From a virus: a stretch of DNA of 64,000 bases. The DNA lies in the IMG/VR virus record IMGVR_UViG_3300044655_000639, positions 10,283 to 74,282 of that record. One strand, given 5' to 3'. This document shows positions 17,387 through 26,346 of the stretch, in pieces (position 1 is the stretch's first letter; every line of letters starts with the position of its first letter). The notes below the pieces were generated by a model. That model was not told where the DNA came from. It saw only the letters and a program-made list of their open reading frames with translations, and did not search any database. The position numbers were made by a program, and so were the translations under genes.

Positions 17387-18832
17387 TTATTTGTTAATGT
17401 ATATAGCATTATTCAACTGCAGTCTACTTCTAGAACAAGCAACATAATATAAGCGTAACTCTTCCTCTTCTGAGTGAGAGCGTTCTGATGGTTTCATCTC
17501 AAGGATATCATCAAGATCAAAGTCATGAGCTATGGTCACTGAATCGAATGTCAAGCCCTTACTGCTGTGGCAGGTACTTAAGGTGATGAAGTGATCGTCA
17601 GGATGCTTCTCTGCCTGCTGAGCATGCTTGTATGCATCGTATATCTTAGATGCTCCATGCTTCATGATGGTTTGTGCTGCTGTCTTAATGTTACGGTCCT
17701 CTTCACCATGAAGCATAAGGATGTATGCAAGACAAGTACGATACTTCGATGGTAGAGTCTTAGATTTAAAGTAATGATCAACATCCTTCTGAATGTATTT
17801 TAGAGACTGATCATATATCTGAGAGTCTTTCTTCAAGTTCATCAGAGTAAGCATATTAGAGAATATCTCTTTAGCCTGTCTAGTGAGGTTGAATGGTGTA
17901 TGCTGAGCAGTAAGAGTAATCATGTATTCAATGAGACCACTGTTAGTACGAGAGATGATAGCTTCACTACGAATGGTAGTGTCAGAATGAGCTGTACCTT
18001 TGAATGCAATGGTATCATCAAGGTGACGATGAATGAAGTTCTCAATGCTACTAGCAATGGCTGTAGAGCAACGAAATGATTGAGATAGAGTCTTTGTCAC
18101 TCCAACATCAGCAAGAGCTTTAAAGCCATTAATGGTGTGATTAAAGCTATAGATATTCTGCAGTGGATCACCTACCATAATCTTCAGGTTAGCTGGAAGT
18201 AATAGAAATATCTCTAGGGTGACAGCATTAATGTCTCCTGCTTCATCCAACATGATGACATCAAATGGAATATCATAATGGATACAGCCTAAGTCTAGTA
18301 GCATATGATAAAGCTTCAGATAGAATGCGTGAGTACATGGCATAGTCTTATTGACCATAGCATTAAAATATCTGGAGATGATCTGCTGGTTAGCAGGTTC
18401 ATGCTCATCATAGTACTGCTGAAGAGTAGTGTACTTAGATAGACAGAATGCTTCAAGATGCTGAACTACTAATACCTTATCATCATAGTCTATCTTCTCA
18501 GTGATGTCACGATATGTGAATGATGCAACTTCTCTCTTCTTCCCCACATCACCCTCAAGGGAAAGTCCATGAGTGATAGTTGGAAGATATGCTAGAGAGT
18601 GTGTGGTCTTACACTGGACGTAAGGTGGAAACTTAGACTTGGACTCATCAGCAATCGACTTATTATAAGCCAAATATAATTGGGCACTATGTGGTAATGC
18701 TTCTGATACTTTAAGTAGTGTGTATGTTTTGGATGCCCCAGCCACAGCACTAATCTTGAGTACTGAACCTGTAGAAGCGTTAACTGCATAATCTATAATA
18801 GATTGTTGTTCATCAGTGAGAGTGTATGACAT
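17387..18832 (-). CDS. SF1 (UvrD/Rep-like) DNA helicase
   Basis: Q-motif LTDEQ, AGASKT, LDEAGD, VGDPLQNIY.F, LSQSFR, TCHSSKGLTFD and LYYVACSR motifs. Confidence 0.9.
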   Translation of the reverse strand: MSYTLTDEQQSIIDYAVNASTGSVLKISAVAGASKTYTLLKVSEALPHSAQLYLAYNKSIADESKSKFPPYVQCKTTHSLAYLPTITHGLSLEGDVGKKREVASFTYRDITEKIDYDDKVLVVQHLEAFCLSKYTTLQQYYDEHEPANQQIISRYFNAMVNKTMPCTHAFYLKLYHMLLDLGCIHYDIPFDVIMLDEAGDINAVTLEIFLLLPANLKIMVGDPLQNIYSFNHTINGFKALADVGVTKTLSQSFRCSTAIASSIENFIHRHLDDTIAFKGTAHSDTTIRSEAIISRTNSGLIEYMITLTAQHTPFNLTRQAKEIFSNMLTLMNLKKDSQIYDQSLKYIQKDVDHYFKSKTLPSKYRTCLAYILMLHGEEDRNIKTAAQTIMKHGASKIYDAYKHAQQAEKHPDDHFITLSTCHSSKGLTFDSVTIAHDFDLDDILEMKPSERSHSEEEELRLYYVACSRSRLQLNNAIYINK

Positions 18833-18896
18833 GAAGTTCCTTTATGGTAATCTGCATTAGATAATGCTATTAATAGAATTGTATAATGAAGATGAG

Positions 18897-18972
18897 TGGT
18901 GGGCAATTGGTGACTCGAACACCAATGACTCCTTTATGAGAGGAGGATATTAAACCTTTATATGAATCGCCC
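18897..18972 (-). tRNA. tRNA with CAT anticodon (Ile2 or elongator Met), CCA encoded
   Basis: Cloverleaf GGGCGAT-TC-ATAT/AAAGGTTTA/ATAT-C-CTCCT/CTCATAA/AGGAG-TCAT-TGGTG/TTCGAGT/CACCA-ATTGCCC-A-CCA; paired G1-C72 argues against an initiator tRNA. Confidence 0.9.
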
Positions 18973-19201
18973 AATAAGCCAGCTACGTGTGCGTGCAGGG
19001 ACGTAGCGTAGTGTAAGTAGTAGTAAAAAGTGTCCAAGCTAGCACTACCACTGATACAGAAGTTTATGAAAATAAACAGATGTACATCTTCCATTAGTAA
19101 TGTACGTGAGAGATAGTTCTACCTCAACTGCAATCCGTGAGTTCCTACACTCCGACTACTGTCACCCTCTGTAAGTAGGTATCTGGTGACATGTATTATA
19201 A

Positions 19202-19471
19202 TTATAGCAAAGAGATTTCATAGAGTTGATCTCGCAAGTCTTTGACAGCATTAGCTATCTTATTAACTCTAGTGTAGTCTCTATCAGAATAGGGTACTGC
19301 TTGTAATTGCCTTTGTAAGTGTATGGATAATTCAAGCTTAACTTCTAATGCTTCATCGTATGGTAAAAGATACCAGGCTGATGGGTCAGAACCATAAAGA
19401 TACTCTGATGTAGATGATGGACGATTTTCTGTTTTAGGGTTATGAAATTCTGATGAATAAATAGATGGCAT
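19202..19471 (-). CDS. Hypothetical protein
   Basis: AAGGA RBS; 89 aa ORF inside the tRNA region. Confidence 0.65.
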   Translation of the reverse strand: MPSIYSSEFHNPKTENRPSSTSEYLYGSDPSAWYLLPYDEALEVKLELSIHLQRQLQAVPYSDRDYTRVNKIANAVKDLRDQLYEISLL

Positions 19472-19488
19472 AATATTCCTTGTTCAGT

Positions 19489-19563
19489 GAAGACTGGTAG
19501 GGCTTGAACCTACAACTCAGCGCACCTACGCCCTGTATTCAGACCAATTGAACTACAGTCTTC
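19489..19563 (-). tRNA. tRNA-like element with an aberrant anticodon arm (pseudo-tRNA)
   Basis: 8-bp GAAGACTG/CAGTCTTC acceptor, D-arm GTTC-AATTGGTCT-GAAT, T-arm GTAGG-TTCAAGC-CCTAC; anticodon arm has a G-G mismatch and a non-7-nt loop; no CCA. Confidence 0.7.
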
Positions 19564-19831
19564 GTGTTATGGTGATATAGCGAATGACAGTGAACATTCC
19601 TATATCGTGACTAAATCTTTAGACTTATTTAAAAGTTTATCACTGTAAGTTTTTTGATAGCTAATACCTCGTGCTATCAGCGAGGATAACAGTTGCAATC
19701 TCAACCAATTGAGACCACTGCTATACGATTAAACACACATAGATTGGTTTGTGACAGTATCTTCTCCAGATGACTGTATAGAGTACACCAATACATGTAA
19801 AGATGTAATCAATACAACCATCCTAAGATGG

Positions 19832-20383
19832 CTATTCGTTAAATAGAAACTTCATATCCTCAGGTATACATTCATACATTGCTTCAGCTACTTCTCTGAT
19901 TTGGAAGTGTGCTGAAGATGCTCTACGAAGCTCTAGGAAGTTCTTTAAGCTTCTAGCGTTAAACATTACTGTCCAGTTGTATTGGAAGGCTTGTGGTAGC
20001 ATTAGAGATACAATCTCGTTGGATACTCCATCTTCAACAAAGCGTCTAATTTCATCTTGTAGATATGATAATACATTGTCTACTTCACTATTCCCAGTAG
20101 ACTCAAATACAATATCAGTCTTATTCAATGTGTACCTACTTGACTGGCAAGCATAAGAAGCCATACGATGACGAGTCATTTCAAGAAGCACTTTTGTACT
20201 AGCTGATATGTCAAATGTGAATGTAGCAAACTCCAATACACTAGAGTGCTTATGTTTTAATGCTACCTTAGTGATACGATTATCACGTTTAGTAGTATCA
20301 GTATAATCTCCTTTAGCATAGCAAAGTCCAATACTATGGTCTATGCCTTCTAGCCCTTGATGTGCAATTAATTTAACTTTCAT
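19832..20383 (-). CDS. thyX: FAD-dependent thymidylate synthase
   Basis: H.SVLEF, RHRMASYACQSSRY signature, LPQ, and NARSL.NF..LR....A.F.IR motifs; start refined to MKVKLI. Confidence 0.95.
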   Translation of the reverse strand: MKVKLIAHQGLEGIDHSIGLCYAKGDYTDTTKRDNRITKVALKHKHSSVLEFATFTFDISASTKVLLEMTRHRMASYACQSSRYTLNKTDIVFESTGNSEVDNVLSYLQDEIRRFVEDGVSNEIVSLMLPQAFQYNWTVMFNARSLKNFLELRRASSAHFQIREVAEAMYECIPEDMKFLFNE

Positions 20384-20426
20384 CTTATTCCCTTTTTTAA
20401 TATTTGTATAGCTATTGCTACGCATA

Positions 20427-20642
20427 TTATTGAAGCAGATAATAGTAGTATTGAGTAGGAGTCCATACTTCTTTTAGGTCTCTACGGTTATCTTCTCCAA
20501 CAAATCGTTTTCCATCTAATGTAAACATATCTACATCATTTCCAATAATGGCAACTACTGGGTATTCGCCACCTTTATTAGTACATAAAATACGTACTGG
20601 CTTACCATTACTGGTATACTGTTTGTTAATATCTATTGTCAT
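20427..20642 (-). CDS. Hypothetical protein
   Basis: T..G.PVRILCT....YPVVA pattern seen in small phage proteins. Confidence 0.65.
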   Translation of the reverse strand: MTIDINKQYTSNGKPVRILCTNKGGEYPVVAIIGNDVDMFTLDGKRFVGEDNRRDLKEVWTPTQYYYYLLQ

Positions 20643-21055
20643 TTACGCTCCCTTTTAGTTTCTAATACTTTGAACCATTTATTGGGTCGTCCGAAATAAG
20701 ACTCTGCTTCGAGTTCTGTCATGTATTTATTTGTAGGACAATAAAAGTCATCAGGAGTACGCAAATCAAGCCATAAGTATTCGTACACTGGCTCTGGTGG
20801 TTTGATACGATATTTTATAGCTGTCCCAAATGGGTAGTCTGTATACCACTTTCCTTCTAGCTCATATTGAAGTATTTTAGTCGTATCCTCAACCCATTCA
20901 TGGATTGCTTCAGAGTTTGAATGAGGATTAACCCCTCTTGGAATACATACATTTTGTGAGAAGAATTCATTGAATACTTCTGTAAGTATAGGTCTACGAT
21001 AATCCTCTGGATTAAATGTCCCAAATACTTTATCTTTCAATTTTTCTTTAGTCAT
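20639..21055 (-). CDS. Hypothetical protein
   Basis: Coupled ORF with a YRIKP motif. Confidence 0.65.
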   Translation of the reverse strand: MTKEKLKDKVFGTFNPEDYRRPILTEVFNEFFSQNVCIPRGVNPHSNSEAIHEWVEDTTKILQYELEGKWYTDYPFGTAIKYRIKPPEPVYEYLWLDLRTPDDFYCPTNKYMTELEAESYFGRPNKWFKVLETKRERK

Positions 21056-21387
21056 TATAATTCCTTTATAAAACTAGGTAGTTCACCTATTAACGGCTCA
21101 CAGTTGCTAGAGTTTAACCAATCTTCATCAATATGTTGTTGAGTTGCCTCTATAATGGTTGGAATTTTGTAGTCTAAAACTTGTGACCAAACCCATTCAC
21201 CAACTTTTGGTTTCCAAAGCTCACAGTGTTGTATATTAATATCATAGTTTCTAGTGTTGTCTATGGTGTCTCTAGTATACCAACCTTTTACACGAACAGT
21301 AGTAGTGCACCCTTTGTGTAGAGAGTCTATTTTTCCTATACCGAATACATTACTTCTAACCCAATCGCCTACTTTAAGTTCCATCAT
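21055..21387 (-). CDS. Hypothetical protein
   Basis: Coupled ORF; KVGDWV / WKPKVGEWVW internal motif. Confidence 0.65.
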   Translation of the reverse strand: MMELKVGDWVRSNVFGIGKIDSLHKGCTTTVRVKGWYTRDTIDNTRNYDINIQHCELWKPKVGEWVWSQVLDYKIPTIIEATQQHIDEDWLNSSNCEPLIGELPSFIKEL

Positions 21388-21967
21388 AAACTCCTATATA
21401 TTTTCATAACATCTTTAGCTTGTTTGTGCCCTAATTTACTATACCCTTTGTACCTCTTAATAGCTAAGAAATATGTACCATAGATATCAAGATAGTCTCT
21501 AAGAAGCTTAGCAGCATTCATGATATTACCTGAGTCATGGTAAGGATTGTATGGCAAGATAGAGCCACAAGTCATGTTGATACCACATAGACCTATTACG
21601 TTTGGTATGGCGTGTTTACGGTGCACAAATGAGCTTTCAGATGCTATCAGTGCACCTAGTACTTTGGGTCTAAATTATATGTCTCTGCTGCTTTGATGGT
21701 ATCTTTAGCTTGTTGTGGAGATGCTCCTAAAGTCTGAAGGGCTTCTGCTGTGGTTCTGTATGACTCAAGTTCTTTGTTGAGAGCATCTATCTCTCTGAAA
21801 GCCGCTGAGGCTTCTACTCTAGCTTGGTTGTCCATACTCAAGGACTGTTCTAAGACTCGTTCATGAGTGGATATGAGCATGCAGGATTGATTGCAGTATA
21901 CGAATGGTATTGCAATGATAGCAATAAGAATAGGAAGAATAATATCTTCATCAATGCTGATAGTCAT
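21384..21967 (-). CDS. Membrane-anchored lytic transglycosylase (SLT family) split by a -1 frameshift at about 21662
   Basis: Frame 0 (21967-21656) encodes a TM segment, coiled coil and AAETYNLDPK. The -1 frame continues VLGALIASESSF...IGLCGIN...NIMNAAKLL..Y...AIKRYKG, giving the SLT motifs I-III. Confidence 0.75.
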
Positions 21968-22224
21968 TGTGCCAACTTTGCTTCTGCTTGCTGTAGAGTA
22001 AGACCATCTTCCATCAATGACTGTACCATATAGCAATGTCCTATGATGATGTCAGAATCATCTTTCTCTTGCTGTAGCTGTTTGTTTTCCTCAAGCAATA
22101 GTCTGGCTTGAGCATTAGTAAGTACACTACTATACCACGCTATGATGGCCATAATGAAGAGACCTGATGACAACCATCTGTAGAAGGTACGAGAAGCTTT
22201 TAAGTGTTCATATGTTTCTCTCAT
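21964..22224 (-). CDS. Hypothetical membrane/coiled-coil protein
   Basis: One hydrophobic segment; coupled to neighbours. Confidence 0.6.
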   Translation of the reverse strand: MRETYEHLKASRTFYRWLSSGLFIMAIIAWYSSVLTNAQARLLLEENKQLQQEKDDSDIIIGHCYMVQSLMEDGLTLQQAEAKLAQ

Positions 22225-22439
22225 TGTAGGTCCTTATTTATTTGAGGTAGACGTTCTAATAGCACTAGACAATGAACAATACTCATCTCTAAGTGTGCTA
22301 TATCTTTGGTGTGTTCTATGGTTCTGTCGTGTGTAATTTCATACATATAGTTCTCTGCTACTTTAAGTGTAGCATATAGTTCTTCAATACAAGTTATGAT
22401 GACTCCTTTAAACATACATTCTGAAGTGTACTGGTGCAT
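22221..22439 (-). CDS. Hypothetical protein
   Basis: ORF in operon; start uncertain. Confidence 0.45.
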   Translation of the reverse strand: MHQYTSECMFKGVIITCIEELYATLKVAENYMYEITHDRTIEHTKDIAHLEMSIVHCLVLLERLPQINKDLQ

Positions 22440-22629
22440 CTAATGCACGTACTACAAGCTTAGCTGTAGCATTATTAAGCTCTCTATTACATTTAGTAAG
22501 AGCAACTCTTTGGTCTAGTATAGTACTACGTAATAGAAGCAAATCTGCTACTGATATACGTACTTCTTTTATACCCTCATAATGGATGGTATTAATACCT
22601 TGCAGTATGATGTCAAGCTCTGTTTTCAT
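22408..22629 (-). CDS. Hypothetical protein
   Basis: Coupled ORF. Confidence 0.6.
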   Translation of the reverse strand: MKTELDIILQGINTIHYEGIKEVRISVADLLLLRSTILDQRVALTKCNRELNNATAKLVVRALDAPVHFRMYV

Positions 22630-22859
22630 AAGTTATCCAATAGTTCTTGGAAGTCAACACCATAAAGATAGCACTGCTTTTTAAGATGTTTATATGTATT
22701 GATCCAATCATCTGATAGTTCTCGTTCTAGCTGAGATGCTGCAAAGTCAGGGTCTTGCATAGCTGCTTCATATGCTGCTTCTTCTTGGGCTTCTCTATAA
22801 TATTCCATACGAAGATCTTCTTCCCATTCTGCTCGTTCTTCTGTTGTCATAGACTTCAT
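22626..22859 (-). CDS. Hypothetical acidic protein
   Basis: AGGAG RBS. Confidence 0.65.
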   Translation of the reverse strand: MKSMTTEERAEWEEDLRMEYYREAQEEAAYEAAMQDPDFAASQLERELSDDWINTYKHLKKQCYLYGVDFQELLDNL

Positions 22860-22947
22860 ACTATACTCCTGTTATTAATGTTATGAAAAAAGTGGATATT
22901 TGAAAATATCCAGTGTTATTATTGGCACTATTTCAAAGTACTAATTT

Positions 22948-23181
22948 CTATGCAAAATCCTGTAGAAATTTAGGTGGAAATGCTAGCAAATATAATGACA
23001 TTAAAAACTGTGCAGTCATACCTACTATTAACATATCTCCACTACCATGAAAGAAATTCATGACTACTAATAACATACCTAAGTCTAGTATAAAATCTCC
23101 ATAGCGTTTATGTTCCCATTTCCATTTAAGAATGGCAAAGTCAAAGAAGACTATAAGTCCTATAACTATTAATTGTTCCAT
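22948..23181 (-). CDS. Small multi-TM membrane protein
   Basis: Three hydrophobic segments from MEQLIVIGL; start coupled to the upstream stop. Confidence 0.6.
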   Translation of the reverse strand: MEQLIVIGLIVFFDFAILKWKWEHKRYGDFILDLGMLLVVMNFFHGSGDMLIVGMTAQFLMSLYLLAFPPKFLQDFA

Positions 23182-23621
23182 TAGATCCTGTCTCTCCCAT
23201 GTCTGATAGCATGGCATGAATGACATACTGATACACACTGTTCTGTGGTAAATGTCATTGATTCTATACCATCATAATGTTCATGATGGACCTGTAGTGG
23301 AATGTCACAATCACTGCAATCTACACAGTGATATTTATCCCTCTTGAGTACCTGTTTACGAAGTGCTCTCCATTCTGGAGACTTCAAATATACTGCGTAT
23401 GCTGAGTAGTATTCAGGTGGAACCTTCTGTAGTGGTACATGTACATGATGATCTAAGTCAACTGTATATGGTGTGGTAGCACATGTACTTCTAACTGGAG
23501 ATTCTCCAAGTAATACTCTGATAAGCAGTAGAATTGGAATGAATAGTATTCCTGCTACTGTAGTGATAGCAAACCAGAAGAATGCTAATACTAATAGCAA
23601 TGCTTCCAGTAATACTGGCAT
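23181..23621 (-). CDS. HNH endonuclease with an N-terminal hydrophobic segment
   Basis: YLKSPEWRALRKQVLKRD...CVDC...LQVHH..Y...VCHSCH...H motif. Confidence 0.8.
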   Translation of the reverse strand: MPVLLEALLLVLAFFWFAITTVAGILFIPILLLIRVLLGESPVRSTCATTPYTVDLDHHVHVPLQKVPPEYYSAYAVYLKSPEWRALRKQVLKRDKYHCVDCSDCDIPLQVHHEHYDGIESMTFTTEQCVSVCHSCHAIRHGRDRI

Positions 23622-23851
23622 TATGCTGCTTTAGTGAATGTAGGACCAGAGTGCTTCTCAGCAATCTCCTCTACATCAACATGATGATCAGGTTCAATGT
23701 CAGGACCAGTGAACAGTCCGTGCTCAAACCCTGTTGATAAAGCCTCTGGCACTGCAGATATTTCTTCAACTACTGTCTTAAATGTAGATTCTGCTACAAC
23801 TGTAATGTCTTTAGTAATGCCACCTACTGTGGCTGCGATAAATGCTAACAT
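23621..23851 (-). CDS. Hypothetical protein
   Basis: AAGGA RBS. Confidence 0.6.
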   Translation of the reverse strand: MLAFIAATVGGITKDITVVAESTFKTVVEEISAVPEALSTGFEHGLFTGPDIEPDHHVDVEEIAEKHSGPTFTKAA

Positions 23852-24013
23852 GATGTATCCTTTTGCATTTGTTTAGCTTGATCCGTATCTGCTTCTGTAA
23901 CAGATACAACTACTCCATTGATAACATAATAATAATCCACGATATTCTCCTTATATGGTGACTCTATGGTACACCTAATACAATGCAGCTGAGGAGACTG
24001 CACTGGGTTAGAC

Positions 24014-24268
24014 TTACCAGCGTTTACCTACTTTAGCCTTTTCGGCTTTAGTATTCGCACTGTTCATAAGAGATGTATACTTATGTTCAAATAGAGCTTG
24101 CTGTAGCTCAACTTGGAGTTCTTCCGTCCACTGGTCTCCCAATGCTACTGATAGGACTGGTTCCCATTCCATCTGCCAACTACGTCTACCGTACTCATCT
24201 GCTTGCTTTGCAATAAGTGGATCAAGTCCACTAGGTCCCATATCAACTGCTAATTCACGAATATCCAT
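24014..24268 (-). CDS. Hypothetical early protein
   Basis: AAGGAG RBS. Confidence 0.65.
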   Translation of the reverse strand: MDIRELAVDMGPSGLDPLIAKQADEYGRRSWQMEWEPVLSVALGDQWTEELQVELQQALFEHKYTSLMNSANTKAEKAKVGKRW

Positions 24269-24507
24269 ATTATTCTCCTTTAGATTAATAGGCTTACACC
24301 TATCATTTCAAAGAACCGAGTGGATACGAGGGAAAAACAGGTAAGACCAATGGTCGTAAAATACCTGCTAAATTCCTTTCATAAAATGTATAACACACAC
24401 ACAAATCAATGTCTACTAGAACGGATATAATCCCTATGCTCAGCATTACCTGTTAGATTGTAGTAAGACATCATAATACCCTCTACAAAGAGAGAGTACT
24501 AGATATC

Positions 24508-26346
24508 TTAGTCTTCATAAGACAACGGCATACCTGCCATAATGTCATCTCTACTAAGACTACCTTTAGTGATACGAAACTGTAGTGATGGATCAATCTG
24601 AGTAAGAATATCATGAAGTAAATTCATGTCATTAACATCAGCCATAACAGCCTTAACAAGACTGAATAACTTCTCTTCATTACCTTCTTCAATACCATAT
24701 GAATCATGAATCATACTGATAGCAAAGTCAGCTCTACGGCATACTTCTCTAGCTATGAACGACTCTACAGAACGTACAATATTAGGAGCTAAACTTCTGT
24801 TATACTTAGTATTATTAGGAACTTTAGCTTCAATAGATACACTATGAGTCTTACCCATTTGAAGATCAGCATAGTATCCTTTATGTGTAACAGTCTCCAT
24901 TACATCATATGATACAACAAAGCCATCAGGCATTGTCCACTGATAGTGTGATTGGTTCTCATTGTTGAATCTATAGATAAGATTCATAAGCTTAAGTGCT
25001 GCAGGAGCAAGCTCTTCTAATGCAGTCATAATGAACTTATATAGACCAGCTTTAAGCTCTTCTGGAACTAAGTCTCTGATAGTATGTGTACCAGCATAAC
25101 GTACATCATCCTTGATAGTATCAGTATTATCCAATAGCTGTTTCTCCATACCACCATAGAATGCAATCATTACTAAGTGTTTAACTGTATCCTTAACAAA
25201 GATACTACTACCAGTATGCTCATTAAGTCTTCTAGCTAATTCAATACGTAAGTCTTCCAACTCAGTATCTGAGAGTCCTACTCTACTACCTGTCAATGGA
25301 TCACTACCAAGTAATGCATATACTTGTAGATTATTATTTCTACAGTCATACTTCTTAATACTGTTGCCATTGATTGTAAGCATACGCTTCTGAAATGAAT
25401 CACCTTGTGGATTAAGGTATGGACTACATGAATGCATACGTCCTGAACTATTCTCAAATGCATATGGCACATGGAATGTCTCATCTTGAAATCTATGAAT
25501 ATCTTCTACTAACTTGTTCCACTCTTTAGCCATGAATACACCATCTTTATCAAACCATTTGTCTTGTAATTTATACTCTTCTAATAAAGGAACTAGTTCT
25601 TCATTAGGTATAAGCTTAAATGGTACTGACTGTTGGTGATTCAATGCAGATAATGCTGCTTCACCTTGTGCTGTAAGACCACTAAGCATAGTCTTACCTG
25701 ATAAATACGTTCCTCCTTTATTCTCTGCAGTATGTGCTACTAATCTATAAGCTGCTCCTCCACTACGTACTGTAGAAGCTTTAAGATAGAGTCCTTCTTC
25801 TTGTAAGAATGCTTGTAGTTTAATACTAGGCTCAATGATATTATGTGTATGAGCTTTGTCTGTCTTAATGATCTTATTTTGTAGAAAACCAGTATCTTTA
25901 AGGAACTGAATAATGTTAGCTCCAAGTGTAGCTTTAGTGCTGTGACTAGCACGTACTCTACCTGTACTTAATGTTATTACTTTGTTACAAAGCTGTTGAC
26001 CTAGCTTGTAACCTGCAATCCTGTGTTCGAGGTAACTATGGCTGATTACAAGATCCTCAATGAGGATTGTAAACACTTTAGCCCACTGAATATTGTGTTG
26101 AGACAACAGCTCATGATGGTACTCTTTATGTTCTATCTCACTGTTATTAATAGCTATTAAGTACTCACTCCAATTACTGCCTAATGTCTCTGCATTAAGC
26201 TTAGAAACACTGTCTTTAATTGCTAGTCTAAGACCAGCTAAGCTATAACTAGCTTCGTATGACTGCTGCTTAGCAGCAACTGCTTGGATTTGTGCAAATG
26301 TAAGTGTTGATAATGTTTTCATAATATTCTCCTCAGAATAATACAC
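24508..26346 (-). CDS. Single-subunit DNA-dependent RNA polymerase (T7/N4 RNAPII family)
   Basis: SGRMH...LNPQGD (DxxGR motif), motif A YDCRNNNLQ, motif B KDTVKHLVMIAFYG, W.MPDGF.V, APNIV and motif C IHDSY. The start may be 26321 (MKTL). Confidence 0.85.
   Translation of the reverse strand: MYYSEENIMKTLSTLTFAQIQAVAAKQQSYEASYSLAGLRLAIKDSVSKLNAETLGSNWSEYLIAINNSEIEHKEYHHELLSQHNIQWAKVFTILIEDLVISHSYLEHRIAGYKLGQQLCNKVITLSTGRVRASHSTKATLGANIIQFLKDTGFLQNKIIKTDKAHTHNIIEPSIKLQAFLQEEGLYLKASTVRSGGAAYRLVAHTAENKGGTYLSGKTMLSGLTAQGEAALSALNHQQSVPFKLIPNEELVPLLEEYKLQDKWFDKDGVFMAKEWNKLVEDIHRFQDETFHVPYAFENSSGRMHSCSPYLNPQGDSFQKRMLTINGNSIKKYDCRNNNLQVYALLGSDPLTGSRVGLSDTELEDLRIELARRLNEHTGSSIFVKDTVKHLVMIAFYGGMEKQLLDNTDTIKDDVRYAGTHTIRDLVPEELKAGLYKFIMTALEELAPAALKLMNLIYRFNNENQSHYQWTMPDGFVVSYDVMETVTHKGYYADLQMGKTHSVSIEAKVPNNTKYNRSLAPNIVRSVESFIAREVCRRADFAISMIHDSYGIEEGNEEKLFSLVKAVMADVNDMNLLHDILTQIDPSLQFRITKGSLSRDDIMAGMPLSYED

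Noticed and set aside
18870-19094. 74-aa ORF on the minus strand
   Set aside because: It overlaps the tRNA(CAT) and the hairpin cluster and has no RBS.
19489-19563. Amber suppressor tRNA or stop-codon recoding
   Set aside because: The loop has no CTA anticodon, and core genes are intact under the standard code and use TAG as a normal stop.
19655-19692. SAM-II/preQ1 riboswitch call for the pseudoknot
   Set aside because: The conserved ligand-binding nucleotides are not recognisable and no adjacent downstream start codon exists.
21650-21660. TAG readthrough as the way to join the transglycosylase halves
   Set aside because: The same frame hits TGA TAG after two more codons; only a -1 shift restores the domain.
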